64,000 nt of DNA from an uncultured delta proteobacterium (GTDB lineage Bacteria > Myxococcota > Myxococcia > Myxococcales > Myxococcaceae), in assembly GCA_963713045.1 (NCBI GenBank), contig CAVQKE010000003.1:1024001-1088000 (forward strand), read 5' to 3'. The notes beneath the pieces are model-generated. The model was not told the origin of the DNA and made no database searches. It saw only the letters and a program-made list of their open reading frames with translations. A program made the position numbers and the translations under genes. Within the stretch, counting starts at the first letter, position 1. Each line of letters opens with the position of its first letter. Shown here piece after piece: positions 1 to 9,489 of this stretch.

Positions 1-272
1 ATCATCCCGGAGGCGACGCCTCCTACGCTGCCCGCCTCGTCGCCAGTCGACGTCGAGAAGTTCGAGTCCTGGACGCAGATGGGGTTGCCTTCGGCCGTGA
101 CCGTCTGCGTCCCCTGTGCCGTGTCGCTGGACTTGGCGATGTTTGGATAGGGAATGGGAATGGGGGGAGCCGGGGGCGCTGGCGTTTGGCACACGTCGGG
201 AAAGGCGATGGTGATGCCGTTGGTGTCGGTGTTGACGATGGACAGCTTGTCGACTCCCACCGTGGTTGCCAT
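1..272 (-). CDS. PAAR-like DUF4150 domain protein (T6SS spike tip), truncated by the window start
   Basis: Not in the ORF track. Translated by hand from ATG 272 (upstream GGGAG): MATTVGVDKLSIVNTDTNGITIAFPDVCQTPAPPAPPIPIPYPNIAKSSD...STGDEAG. FPDVCxTP / PIPYPN / STGDEAG are DUF4150 hallmarks. Lies directly downstream of a DUF2169 gene. Confidence 0.9.
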   Translation of the reverse strand, partial: MATTVGVDKLSIVNTDTNGITIAFPDVCQTPAPPAPPIPIPYPNIAKSSDTAQGTQTVTAEGNPICVQDSNFSTSTGDEAGSVGGVASGM

Positions 273-287
273 GTGTCCCACTCCCCG

Positions 288-1337
288 CTACGCCGCCGGC
301 GTCGCACCCTTCATCGGCGCTTCCCTGCCGGCGACGACACGGATGGTGCGAACCGACGTCGGTTCTCGAACACTGACTTTCCCCCTCCAGAAGAGCAAGA
401 GCCGGCTGGCGTCGGAGTCGACGATGACGGTGTCGAGATTCATCGCCACAGTGGCGTCCGGGCGTCCCCGGTGCTCGACCTGGACACTGGGTGGCCCGAC
501 ACCCGGCAGCTTGAAGGAAACTCCGCCGGCAGCCGTGACGCCAGTCGCCAGCACCTGCTCGTCTCCTCGCAGGTAACCGGCGGCGACCAGCCCCGGCGCA
601 GCGGCGTTGAAGAACCGCTGGTTGAAGTCCTTTGGCAGAAGTGGAGCGCGGTCCTGCTCCCACCGCTTGTCGTAGGTCCCGGCGTAGGTCCGCCGCGGTT
701 CCCAGTCGTGTGAGGTGAAGCCAAAACCCGTTGGAGTCGGCCGATCCCCCCACCCCTTGAAGGGGTGGATCGGGTCCTCCAAGTTGGGGGCCCGCAACCC
801 CTCCTCGAACTGCGTTGGGTTGGCCCGGAAGCCGGTGCCAACTGGGTTTCGCGCCTCGTAGGCATGTTTGGCGGAGTTGGGATTGGAGCGATCCCAGCCG
901 CCGAAGGCGCGCTCCCACACCAGCGGGATGCGCTCGAAGGGGACTGGCTTGGTGAGCCCAACACCGCCCACTGTCTTGAAAAATGTACGGTCTCCAAGAA
1001 TGCGCGCCGCCTTCTTCAAGGGTCCGACTTGGAGCGTCACCAGCATCTCAGTGGTTCCCCCCCTGGGTGCCACCGCACTCCCCACCAGCACCACATCCGT
1101 CGCCGGCTTGGGCAGCGTTCCTTCGGCTTCGTAGCGGAAGCTGGACTTGCCGGGCTCCCCCCAGGGCTCGCCCTCCGGCTTCAGGGGAATCTGTTCCCTC
1201 GCCAGCGCCGTTCCCTTGGCCGTAACCTCATAGGTGGCCTTGACCAACGGGACCAACAGCGGGCGGCCTTCTTCATCCGCTAGGAAAAGCGGCTCGACCC
1301 AAAAGGGGGTAGCGTTCTCGATCGCCGGATGGCCCAT
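288..1337 (-). CDS. DUF2169 family T6SS accessory/adaptor protein
   Basis: KPATDVVLVG, PLVWERAFGG, NPVGTGF, R..YAGTYD..W, LLPKDF..RFFNAA, LDTVIVD motifs. Adjacent to PAAR-like and vgrG genes. Confidence 0.92.
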   Translation of the reverse strand: MGHPAIENATPFWVEPLFLADEEGRPLLVPLVKATYEVTAKGTALAREQIPLKPEGEPWGEPGKSSFRYEAEGTLPKPATDVVLVGSAVAPRGGTTEMLVTLQVGPLKKAARILGDRTFFKTVGGVGLTKPVPFERIPLVWERAFGGWDRSNPNSAKHAYEARNPVGTGFRANPTQFEEGLRAPNLEDPIHPFKGWGDRPTPTGFGFTSHDWEPRRTYAGTYDKRWEQDRAPLLPKDFNQRFFNAAAPGLVAAGYLRGDEQVLATGVTAAGGVSFKLPGVGPPSVQVEHRGRPDATVAMNLDTVIVDSDASRLLLFWRGKVSVREPTSVRTIRVVAGREAPMKGATPAA

Positions 1338-1405
1338 GCCCTGACTAGTCTAGCACTTGACCGCAGTGGTCTTCGTTAGTTGGCCGTCGCCGGGAATCGT
1401 GCCGC

Positions 1406-4400
1406 ATGGACAGCCATCTCCCCCCCGTCCTTGAGCTCCGCGCCGGGCAAATCGCGGAGGGGGATTTGCATGTGCTTTCCGCACGCGGCCAGGAGGGCAT
1501 TTCTGAGCCCTACCGCTTCGAGGTCGACTTCGAACGCGCCGATGGTGCGCCAATCGAGCTCTCCCCTCTGCTCGCCGAGAGTGGGCTGCTGACTGTCCGT
1601 CGTCCGGACGGCACCGAGAAGCTCGTCAATGGCGTCGTGGAGGAAGCCGCGCTGGTCGGAGTGCAGGCAGGGCGACCGCGCTATCGCCTACGGCTCGTCC
1701 CCCGGCTGGCCTTGCTAGCGAACTCTCAGAACAGCCGCATTTTCCAAAGCCTGTCTGTGCCGGAAATCGCCAAAGCGGTGCTTGATGAGGAGAAGGTCGA
1801 CGTCAGCCTGTCCCTATCGGCGAGCTACGCCAAGCGCGAGTACTGCGTCCAGTACCAGGAATCGAACTTGGACTTCGTCTCCCGGCTGCTGGAGCAGGAG
1901 GGAATCTTCTACTTCTTCACCCATACGAGCGATGGCCACGTCATGAAGCTGGTCGACGCTCCCTCGGCCTTCCAGGACGTCGAGGGCGAGGCGCAGGTGC
2001 AATTCCGTGAGCCCACCCGCGCGGGGCAGGTGGTCGATGAAGAACACGTCTTCGCGTTCGCGCAGCGCGCAAGCGTGCGATCCGGCAAGGTCACCCTCGA
2101 GGACTACGACTTCGAGAAGCCGGCAGTGGACTTGCTGGCGACAGCCGCGGCTTCCGAGGATGAGCAGTTCGAGCGATACCGCTACGCGCTGGGAGCCGGT
2201 GACCCGGGGGTCCTCAAGCGGCTGGCGAAGACCCGGTTGGAGGAGGTGCGGGTGCCGGTCAAGCTGTTCGATGGGCAGGCCAACTGCGTCCGGCTCGCGC
2301 CCGGCCTTTCCTTCGAGCTGAGCGACCATCCAGAATCGGATTTCAACGGGCAGCTGCAACTTCTACGGGTGGAGCATGAGGCTGAGGCGGGGATAACGAC
2401 GGCACTCCGCTACCGATGCCGCTTCGTGGCCCAGCCACGGGGAACGGCCTTTCGGCCTCGGCGACAGCGGCCCGCACCCGGCAGCCCAGGAACTCAGACG
2501 GCGACAGTGGTCGGCCCCGCGGGAGAAGAGATTTACGTCGACGCCGACGGGCGCATCAAAGTGCAGTTCCACTGGGACCGCACCGGAAAGAAGGACGAGC
2601 GGTCGAGTTGCTTTGTCCGGGTGGCGCAGTCCTGGGCGGGTCCGGCCTGGGGCGAGTTGTTCATTCCACGACTGGGACAGGAGGTACTGGTCCGCTTCTT
2701 GGACGGCAATCCCGACCAACCGGTGGTGGTGGGCGCCGTCTACAACGGCGCGAATCTCCCCCCCGTTTCTCTTCCTGGAAGTCGCACGCAAAGCCTCGTG
2801 CGCAGCGACAGCTCACCTGGAGGCCGCGGCTCCAATGAACTTCGGTTCGAGGATGCCAAGGGGGCAGAGGACGTTTTCTTCCACGCCCAGAAGGACGAGA
2901 ACATCGTCGTCGAGGTCGATAAGCGCCAAGAGCTGTATGGCCAGGAAATCCTCGATGTCGCGAAGGACCGAAGCCGCACCGTTGGGGAGAACCAAACGCT
3001 GGCCGTGGGTGGGAGCGACAGCTCGGCAATCTCCGGAGATCAGACCCTGACGGTGGCCGGCGCCCGCAGCAGCCATACCACTTTGGCGCATTCAGAACAG
3101 GTTGGAGGTTCGCAGTCGATCACGGTGGCGAACGAGTCCACCGTCCAGGTTGGCGCTGACAGCGCAGTGACTGTCGGAGCGGCGGCGGCCCTCACCGTCG
3201 GAGGCGCGTACCTGGTCACCGTCGGTGGAGTTCTCAATGTGGCGGTGGCCGGAGTGCGGCTGGAGCAAGTCGGTGGAGCCCGGGTCACTGTGGTAGGCGC
3301 GGCCTCGGAGCTGCAAGTGTCCAACGCTTCGTCGGCCACCGTCGGCGGAGAGGAACAGCTGGCCGTCGCCGGCCAGCTTCAGTCAGCCGTCGCAAAGGAC
3401 CAGGAGGACCAGGTCGGCGGCAAGGCCCAAGTGACCGCAGGGGACGCCGCGGCGGTGCTCGGCAAGAGCCTTCAGCTAGAGGCCCAAAGCAAGCTCAGCA
3501 TCAAGGTCGGTGGGAAAGTTCTCCTCGAGGCCCAGTCCTCGGGTCAGGTCGAGCTGAGCGGAGCCACCATCACCTTCGATGGCAGCCAAATCGTCACCAA
3601 GGCGTCCACAGCAAAAAAGACCACCGGCAGCTCAGCATCCTCCAGCGCCAGTCAGGCGGGATCGGATGACCAAGAGAAAAAAGCCAGCGCCACCGCGACC
3701 TGGGGCACGGGCCAGGCCGAGCCCGGGGCCGACGTGACATTGAATGTCCAGCTGACCAACGTTCCCGACGGAAAGAAGGGCCTCATCACGATTCACCACG
3801 CCGCTTCTGGAGCAATGGTTCCGGCGGGGAAACTCGAATGCGAGTCCAAGGGGGGAAAACTGGTCGACAAAAACGGCAAGGCACCGGCGTTTCAGTTCAC
3901 GACGAAGCAGCTTCCGTGGGACCCCTACGACCTTCCCTTCTTCTTCTTCAAGGCCAGCGTTCAACATCAGGCGCTCAGCTTGGAGACGCCGGCCGACACG
4001 GCCGACGGTGGAAAATCGCTACGCGTCAAATACTTCCATGTCTGCCTTGGAGATTCCTGGGCGGACGCCGGTGGGTTAACCACTGGAGCCGAGGCCAAGG
4101 AGATCGCCGGCATCCTTGGGGGTGTGCCGAACAGCAAGGCCGAAAGCCGGATGATGTCCATGCCCAGCCCGACGTTCGTCGCCTGGTCGAAGGACCTGGC
4201 CAACACCTACTGCTACCACCACGGAAGCCATGGAACCTGCCAGGACCGCGTCTCGCGCACCTTCATCAACGTCGAGCCGCCGCCGGATGGGCTGGGCAAT
4301 CCGCCGGACTGTCCGGTGGGCAACTGGCGGAGCGTTGTTCTCTTGTCGAAACAGGCGCCTGGTCAGTACGTCGTCCTCGGGGACGAGGAGCTGCGCAACG

Positions 4401-4789
4401 AGAAGTACTTCCCCAGTGTCCCGCGCTATTTGGCCTACCTCGACTGCTGTCTTGCCGGCTGGGAGCCCAGCTTGGGCCGAGCCTTCGTGGGACGCGGCAC
4501 GCAGTACGTGATTGCCTTCCGGCGCACGGTTCCCGACGGCGACGCCCGAGAGATGGCGCGCCAGTTCCACAAGAAATGGGCTCAGACTTACAAACTCGAC
4601 CCGGACAAGATTCGTGACGTGTTTTTCGACGTGGGTGCGCCATTTTACAAAACCATGCGCCCCGTCCTCATCAGTTGGCGAGTCGAGCCGCTCCTCTCCC
4701 CGGACGCTGGGGCTGTCGAGCGGGCGCTTCAGGCCGTCAGCTCGGCGGTCGAAGGAGTGATGAACTCCATTGGCTCACTGCTGAAATAG
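1406..4789 (+). CDS. vgrG: Evolved VgrG (TssI) spike protein with a C-terminal extension carrying a putative caspase/CHAT-like cysteine protease
   Basis: [65 protein letters not shown], then gp5-like repeats. About 380 aa longer than VgrG2, with YHHGSHG and LAYLDCCLAG motifs in the extension. Confidence 0.95.
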   Translation: MDSHLPPVLELRAGQIAEGDLHVLSARGQEGISEPYRFEVDFERADGAPIELSPLLAESGLLTVRRPDGTEKLVNGVVEEAALVGVQAGRPRYRLRLVPRLALLANSQNSRIFQSLSVPEIAKAVLDEEKVDVSLSLSASYAKREYCVQYQESNLDFVSRLLEQEGIFYFFTHTSDGHVMKLVDAPSAFQDVEGEAQVQFREPTRAGQVVDEEHVFAFAQRASVRSGKVTLEDYDFEKPAVDLLATAAASEDEQFERYRYALGAGDPGVLKRLAKTRLEEVRVPVKLFDGQANCVRLAPGLSFELSDHPESDFNGQLQLLRVEHEAEAGITTALRYRCRFVAQPRGTAFRPRRQRPAPGSPGTQTATVVGPAGEEIYVDADGRIKVQFHWDRTGKKDERSSCFVRVAQSWAGPAWGELFIPRLGQEVLVRFLDGNPDQPVVVGAVYNGANLPPVSLPGSRTQSLVRSDSSPGGRGSNELRFEDAKGAEDVFFHAQKDENIVVEVDKRQELYGQEILDVAKDRSRTVGENQTLAVGGSDSSAISGDQTLTVAGARSSHTTLAHSEQVGGSQSITVANESTVQVGADSAVTVGAAAALTVGGAYLVTVGGVLNVAVAGVRLEQVGGARVTVVGAASELQVSNASSATVGGEEQLAVAGQLQSAVAKDQEDQVGGKAQVTAGDAAAVLGKSLQLEAQSKLSIKVGGKVLLEAQSSGQVELSGATITFDGSQIVTKASTAKKTTGSSASSSASQAGSDDQEKKASATATWGTGQAEPGADVTLNVQLTNVPDGKKGLITIHHAASGAMVPAGKLECESKGGKLVDKNGKAPAFQFTTKQLPWDPYDLPFFFFKASVQHQALSLETPADTADGGKSLRVKYFHVCLGDSWADAGGLTTGAEAKEIAGILGGVPNSKAESRMMSMPSPTFVAWSKDLANTYCYHHGSHGTCQDRVSRTFINVEPPPDGLGNPPDCPVGNWRSVVLLSKQAPGQYVVLGDEELRNEKYFPSVPRYLAYLDCCLAGWEPSLGRAFVGRGTQYVIAFRRTVPDGDAREMARQFHKKWAQTYKLDPDKIRDVFFDVGAPFYKTMRPVLISWRVEPLLSPDAGAVERALQAVSSAVEGVMNSIGSLLK

Positions 4790-4803
4790 GTTCGAGGATT
4801 CGC

Positions 4804-5283
4804 ATGGCTCAACCGCCCCCGCCCATCGACCGTGCCGAACTGCAGCAACGCGCCCTAAAGGTGGCCCAGCAGCACGTCGATGCCAATTTGGAAGGCGTCT
4901 ACCGGCTGGAAGCCCTGACCCCCACCTTGGAGTGGAGCCCGATTGAGCTGCGCCAGGTGTTTGAGTTGCCACTGGTGGTGTGGCGTGCCTACGGGACTTT
5001 CGAGGTGCTGCTGGACGACGGAGGGCACCCGGTTGGCTTCATCGACTTTGACAAGTGGCTGAGCTGCGCTTGGCGAGAGTTGGAGCCGGACAAAGCCGAG
5101 AGTTTGGCTCGCTCCACGGCGCTGGTCACGCCGGACTGGACCCTGGGCGAGCAGAAGCGTGGCGAGAAGGAGTGCCTCGAGTTGCTCTTCGTCGACGGCC
5201 GAGGAATCCCGAAGGTTCGAGTGCAACTGAACCCCGCGCGTCAGGCGGTCATTTCAGTCCTCCCCGTGGAGGTGCCGGGATGA
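4804..5283 (+). CDS. Hypothetical protein with two PepSY-like units; candidate immunity protein
   Basis: ATG 14 nt after the vgrG1 stop, with GAGGA upstream. 159 aa, no signal peptide. Helix + beta units ending EVLLDDGGHPVGF and VRVQLNPARQAVISV. Confidence 0.7.
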   Translation: MAQPPPPIDRAELQQRALKVAQQHVDANLEGVYRLEALTPTLEWSPIELRQVFELPLVVWRAYGTFEVLLDDGGHPVGFIDFDKWLSCAWRELEPDKAESLARSTALVTPDWTLGEQKRGEKECLELLFVDGRGIPKVRVQLNPARQAVISVLPVEVPG

Positions 5284-5525
5284 CCGCGGAGCAGGCCAGC
5301 CTTCGGGCGGAGCAGGCACGCACTGGCTACCAGCTGCCCGAGAGCTGGAAACGCCTGGCGTGCGAGCGTCGCTACATTGAGGTTCCCGACGGGCCGCCCG
5401 AGCAGCCGTCTCCCACACGGGATCTGCTAGTGTGGGTGGTCCGGTTTGGCGACTATTTGGGGTGGGCGGAACTGGCGGTGGACGATGGCACCGGCCGCGT
5501 GGTGCGAATGGAGCGTTCGAGGTGA
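5280..5525 (+). CDS. Small PepSY-like protein; candidate immunity/inhibitor
   Basis: ATGA overlap with the previous gene. 81 aa: MTAEQA...VWVVRF...LAVDDGTGRVV, matching the PepSY pattern (s.eqA..iA ... vW.V.f ... vDa.TG.v). Confidence 0.72.
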   Translation: MTAEQASLRAEQARTGYQLPESWKRLACERRYIEVPDGPPEQPSPTRDLLVWVVRFGDYLGWAELAVDDGTGRVVRMERSR

Positions 5526-5989
5526 CCGGGAGCGCTGTGGTCTGTGCGGCACTCATCGCCCTCGGCACTGCCGGCGACAGCCCCGCTCCGGCCCGGCCCT
5601 CGCAGGAAAGGAAGCCGCCTGTGGACAGGCTTAGCGACGAAGTGCTGCAGCGTGTTTGTGGCGACCCAACCCAATCCATTGGACTGGTGAAAGTGGACAA
5701 GGTGCAACTGCGCGCGAAAGGCAGCCGCAGCGAGCACGTCGTCGCCAAGCTGTCTGTCGAACAAACCATCTGCGGCGCGCTGCCAGCTGCGGTGGAGGCT
5801 TGGTGCTTCACCAGCAACGGGCAGAGCCTCCTCGCCGAAGGCCGCCGCTACGTGCTCGCGCTCGCCGCGGGGGCAGGGTATGCCCCTTTCGGTTTCGGGG
5901 AGTTTGTCGAAGTCCCTCCCGGCCGCGAACGGGAGAGCACCGAGCTTCACCAGCGCGCGGTGAAGGCGTTGACAGCACCTCAGCACTGA
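5522..5989 (+). CDS. Putative exported protein with a TIMP/NTR-like OB-fold pattern; candidate immunity protein
   Basis: GTGA overlap with the previous gene. 155 aa with a hydrophobic N-terminus (AVVCAALIALGTA). Pattern VKVDKV...LSVEQTICG...LAEGRRYVLAL. Confidence 0.65.
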   Translation: MTGSAVVCAALIALGTAGDSPAPARPSQERKPPVDRLSDEVLQRVCGDPTQSIGLVKVDKVQLRAKGSRSEHVVAKLSVEQTICGALPAAVEAWCFTSNGQSLLAEGRRYVLALAAGAGYAPFGFGEFVEVPPGRERESTELHQRAVKALTAPQH

Positions 5990-6002
5990 GCGGGGACGAC
6001 GG

Positions 6003-6533
6003 ATGCCCAATGAGCCAGTTGACCCCGCTGTGCCCCGAGCGTCGGACTTCGTGTTTGGGGTCCTCCGGAACGACCTGGAGCGACAGCAGACTCCCGAAGC
6101 AGCGCTCTATCTCCGGCATTTAATCCAGCCGAAGGTGGAATCGGTGAAGGCAGAAGGACGCTTCCGTCGGGTGCGTTTCGAGATGCGCCACCGCGTTTCC
6201 GATTACTCGGTGCAGTTGAACGCGCTGACCGGTGAGCCGATGGGCTGGTATTTCTCGGCGCTGGCAGCAGATCCCGCCGACACCATCGAAGCGCAGCGGG
6301 CCCTGGAAATTGCATCCCAGGTGGCGGCGCCTCCTGCCGGGGCCACCCTCGAGCAAGCCGCCTACGAGCAACAAGCCGAGCAACCGGTGTTTGTGGCGCG
6401 TTGGGCACACCTCGAGGGGGGAGTTGTTGTCGAGCGGGATTACATCCAGGTGCTGGTCAATGGCGCCAGCGGCCGGGCCTTCGCCCTGCGACGGCGTTGG
6501 CATGCGTTGAACACCGCGCCCGCCTGGCGCTGA
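6003..6533 (+). CDS. Hypothetical protein with PepSY/FTP-propeptide-like repeats; candidate immunity protein
   Basis: 176 aa, no signal peptide. [23 protein letters not shown] and [26 protein letters not shown] motifs. Operonic between the two vgrG genes. Confidence 0.75.
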   Translation: MPNEPVDPAVPRASDFVFGVLRNDLERQQTPEAALYLRHLIQPKVESVKAEGRFRRVRFEMRHRVSDYSVQLNALTGEPMGWYFSALAADPADTIEAQRALEIASQVAAPPAGATLEQAAYEQQAEQPVFVARWAHLEGGVVVERDYIQVLVNGASGRAFALRRRWHALNTAPAWR

Positions 6534-6543
6534 GGAGACAAGC

Positions 6544-8784
6544 ATGGCCGCCTCGCTGGAATTCGAGCTGGAGACCGACTCCCACGGCCCCGACGACTTC
6601 CTGGTGGTCGGCTTCGAGGTGGAGGAGGAGATTTCGCGTCCCTTTTCGCTGGACGCCCTGGTGGCTGTGCCACCGGCTGCCGACGTCGACGCCGCCGGGT
6701 TGGTGGGGGAAAAAGCGACGCTGACCATTCACCTCGCCGCGGGCGGCGACCGCTTCTTCCATGGTGTCGTGGCCGGGGTGCGGACCTGGACCGAGGGTGT
6801 TGAGGAACCCCGCCGACGACTTCGCTTACGAGTGGTTTCCAGCGTGTGGACCCTGAGCCAGGTGACTGATTCTCGCGTGTACCAGCAGAAGAATGTCCCG
6901 GACATCGTCAAGGATGTCCTCAACCGAGAGTCAATCGATTTTCGCGACGACCTCCAGGCCAGCTACCCAGCTCGCGACTACACCACCCAGTACAATGAGA
7001 GCGACCTCGACTTCATCACCCGCCTCCTGGAGGACGTGGGCGCCTTCTTCTATTTCGAGCACGAGAAGGACAAGGACACCCTGGTCCTCGCAGACGACAG
7101 TGGCGGCTGTCCGGACATCGTCGGTGAGGCCCAGCTTCCGTTTCGCGAGCCCACCGGCATGGAGGAAAAGAAGCCTCACGTGAGCGTCCTCTCAGCACGC
7201 CTCGCGGTGCGTCCCGGAGCCGTGGTGCTCCGAGACTTCAATCCTCTCAAACCGGCCGCCGACCTGACCGCCAAGGCTGATGCCAAGCAGGACTCGAAAC
7301 GAGAGGTTTATGACTACCCGGGCGGCTACGACAACGCGGGGGCTGGAAAGGCTCTCGCCCAAATCCGTCTCGAGGCCTGGCGGGCGCAAGTCGAACGGTT
7401 CGAAGCCTCCAGCACTTCCCGGGCGCTTGCCGCTGGGAACACCTTCGAGCTCGCCGAACATCCGCTCGACGCAATGAACCAAAAGTTGCTGGTGCTGTCC
7501 GCGCACCACCGTGCTCGCCAACCCGGGGCGCTGCCTGCGAGCGCCCGGCCACGCGAGGCGCTCGAAGTGTACCGCTGCGAGGTGGAGTGCATGCGGGCCG
7601 ACGTGCCATTCCGACCTGAGAGGAGCACTCGCCGGCCGCTCATCTCCGGCACTCAGACTGCCGTCGTGGTCGGCCCGGCCGGCGAGGAGATTTACACCGA
7701 CGAATACGGCCGAATCAAAGTGCAGTTCCATTGGGATCGTCTGGGGAAAAAGAACGAGAAATCCAGTTGCTGGATTCGCGTCGCGCAGTCGTGGGCAGGA
7801 CCGGGATGGGGAGCGCTCTACATCCCGCGAATCGGGCAGGAAGTGGTGGTGGACTTCCTCGAGGGCAACCCAGACTCACCAATCGTCGCTGGAGCGGTCT
7901 ACAACGGCGCCAATCCACCGCCTCAGAAGCTTCCGGACCACAAGACGCGGAGCGGAGTGAAATCGGCAACCACCCCGGGCAGCGATGGCTCCAACGAGCT
8001 GCGCTTCGAGGATGCCAGCGGGGCCGAGGAGGTGTACTTCCACGCGCAAAAGGACCTCTCCATCGTCGTCGAGAACGATAAGACCCAGCGCATCGGTGGC
8101 AACGAAACGCTCAGCGTTGACAAAGGTCGCCAACGCACCATCGGTGGCAATCAGTTGCTCAAGGTCGGCAAGAACGACACCTCCACCGTCGGGGCAGACC
8201 AAATCCTCAGCGTGGGAGGCAACCGCTCGGTCAGCGTCGCCGGCAACCACACGGAGAGCGTGACTGGGACTCAATCCATCGATGTCTCTGGGGCTCAGAC
8301 CGTCACCGTGGCACTGGCCTCGATGGAAACGGTCGGCGCAGTGAAGACCCTCACGGTGGGCGGCGCCTACGCGGTGACGGTCGGCGCCGCAATGAACGAG
8401 CTGGTGGCTGGGCTGAAGTCCGAAGAGGTCGGAGGCGCGAAGGTGGAGGTCGTCGGCGCCAAGAGGAGCGAGCAGGTCGCAGGCTCGCGGACACTGTCCG
8501 TCGGGGGCGACCTCTCCGAGAGCATCGGCGGCAAGCGGACCCTCAAGGTGGGGAAGGACTTGGTGGTCAGCGTGGCCGGGAAACTGCTGCAGACGACCCA
8601 GGATGCCTATGTGTTGAAGGCCAAGGAAATCACCTTGGATGCCGAGGACCAGGTGGTTCTCAAAGTGGGCTCCGCCACCCTGGAGTTCAAGAGCAGCGGC
8701 GACGTGGTCGTCAAGGGAGCGAAAATCGAGGTCAACGCCAGTGGCGACCTCGTGCTGAAGGGCTCGAAGATTAGTCAGAACTAG
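6544..8784 (+). CDS. vgrG: VgrG (TssI) spike protein, canonical length
   Basis: [66 protein letters not shown], gp5 C-terminal repeats. GAGGAG RBS. Confidence 0.97.
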   Translation: MAASLEFELETDSHGPDDFLVVGFEVEEEISRPFSLDALVAVPPAADVDAAGLVGEKATLTIHLAAGGDRFFHGVVAGVRTWTEGVEEPRRRLRLRVVSSVWTLSQVTDSRVYQQKNVPDIVKDVLNRESIDFRDDLQASYPARDYTTQYNESDLDFITRLLEDVGAFFYFEHEKDKDTLVLADDSGGCPDIVGEAQLPFREPTGMEEKKPHVSVLSARLAVRPGAVVLRDFNPLKPAADLTAKADAKQDSKREVYDYPGGYDNAGAGKALAQIRLEAWRAQVERFEASSTSRALAAGNTFELAEHPLDAMNQKLLVLSAHHRARQPGALPASARPREALEVYRCEVECMRADVPFRPERSTRRPLISGTQTAVVVGPAGEEIYTDEYGRIKVQFHWDRLGKKNEKSSCWIRVAQSWAGPGWGALYIPRIGQEVVVDFLEGNPDSPIVAGAVYNGANPPPQKLPDHKTRSGVKSATTPGSDGSNELRFEDASGAEEVYFHAQKDLSIVVENDKTQRIGGNETLSVDKGRQRTIGGNQLLKVGKNDTSTVGADQILSVGGNRSVSVAGNHTESVTGTQSIDVSGAQTVTVALASMETVGAVKTLTVGGAYAVTVGAAMNELVAGLKSEEVGGAKVEVVGAKRSEQVAGSRTLSVGGDLSESIGGKRTLKVGKDLVVSVAGKLLQTTQDAYVLKAKEITLDAEDQVVLKVGSATLEFKSSGDVVVKGAKIEVNASGDLVLKGSKISQN

Positions 8785-8919
8785 GACCGAGCCTCGCGTC
8801 ATAGTCTGCAACGGCGAGACATTTTCTCGCCAAGTGGTCCGAGCAAGGGGGGTGCCGCTTGTCACCCTCCAGCGCGTGTGGCACGTTTTCCAGGGGGCTG
8901 AGGCGGGAAGCGGGGGCGC

Positions 8920-9489
8920 ATGACTTTTGTCGACGGGAAGCGCAGCGTTGCAATCCGTTGGTTGGTCTGGCTCTCCGGCGCCCTGGTGGCCTGGGGGTGC
9001 GCACACGCGCCTCCCCCTCCCTGTGCGAATCCGCCGCCCATTTACGTCGTCCTCCAAGGCTCAAGCCAGCTCAACCCGGACGAGAAGGGCCGTCCGCTGG
9101 TGACCCAGGTCCTCGTCCTCCAGGTCAAGGGAACCGCCCGGTTGGAGGGGGCGGACTTCGCGGACTTGAGTACCAAGCCCCAGGAGGTCCTGGGCGACGA
9201 ATTGATTAGCAACAACGAGGCGGCGGTGGAGCCGTCCGGAACCACCACGGTCGGTTATCGCCGGGACCCGCGGGCCACGGCGGTGGTGGTGGTGGGCAAT
9301 TTCCGCCAGCCCTCCGGCACCAGCTGGCGGGCGGTTGCGAAGCTTCCACCGGTGGACGTCGAGCGCTGCCCAGACCAGCCCGTTCCACCAAAGGACGCTC
9401 CTGGCCCCAACGACACGGTTCTCACCTTCTCTCTGGAGGACGTCCGAGTGGTCAACCGGACACCGCCGACGAAGGGCGACGGGAAATGA
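8920..9489 (+). CDS. tssJ: T6SS outer-membrane lipoprotein TssJ
   Basis: Lipobox AWGC; LNPDEKGRPLVTQV.VLQVK, ADF..L, FRQPSGTSWR. Sits before tssK. Confidence 0.9.
   Translation: MTFVDGKRSVAIRWLVWLSGALVAWGCAHAPPPPCANPPPIYVVLQGSSQLNPDEKGRPLVTQVLVLQVKGTARLEGADFADLSTKPQEVLGDELISNNEAAVEPSGTTTVGYRRDPRATAVVVVGNFRQPSGTSWRAVAKLPPVDVERCPDQPVPPKDAPGPNDTVLTFSLEDVRVVNRTPPTKGDGK

Noticed and set aside
1341..1382. TTGACC and CTAG-rich sequence in the divergent intergenic region
   Set aside because: No correctly spaced -10 box, and the palindrome is too short to call.
8879..8895. Possible sigma54 promoter (TGGCACG) upstream of tssJ
   Set aside because: The -24 element is perfect, but there is no GC at the required -12 position (TTTTCCAGG follows).
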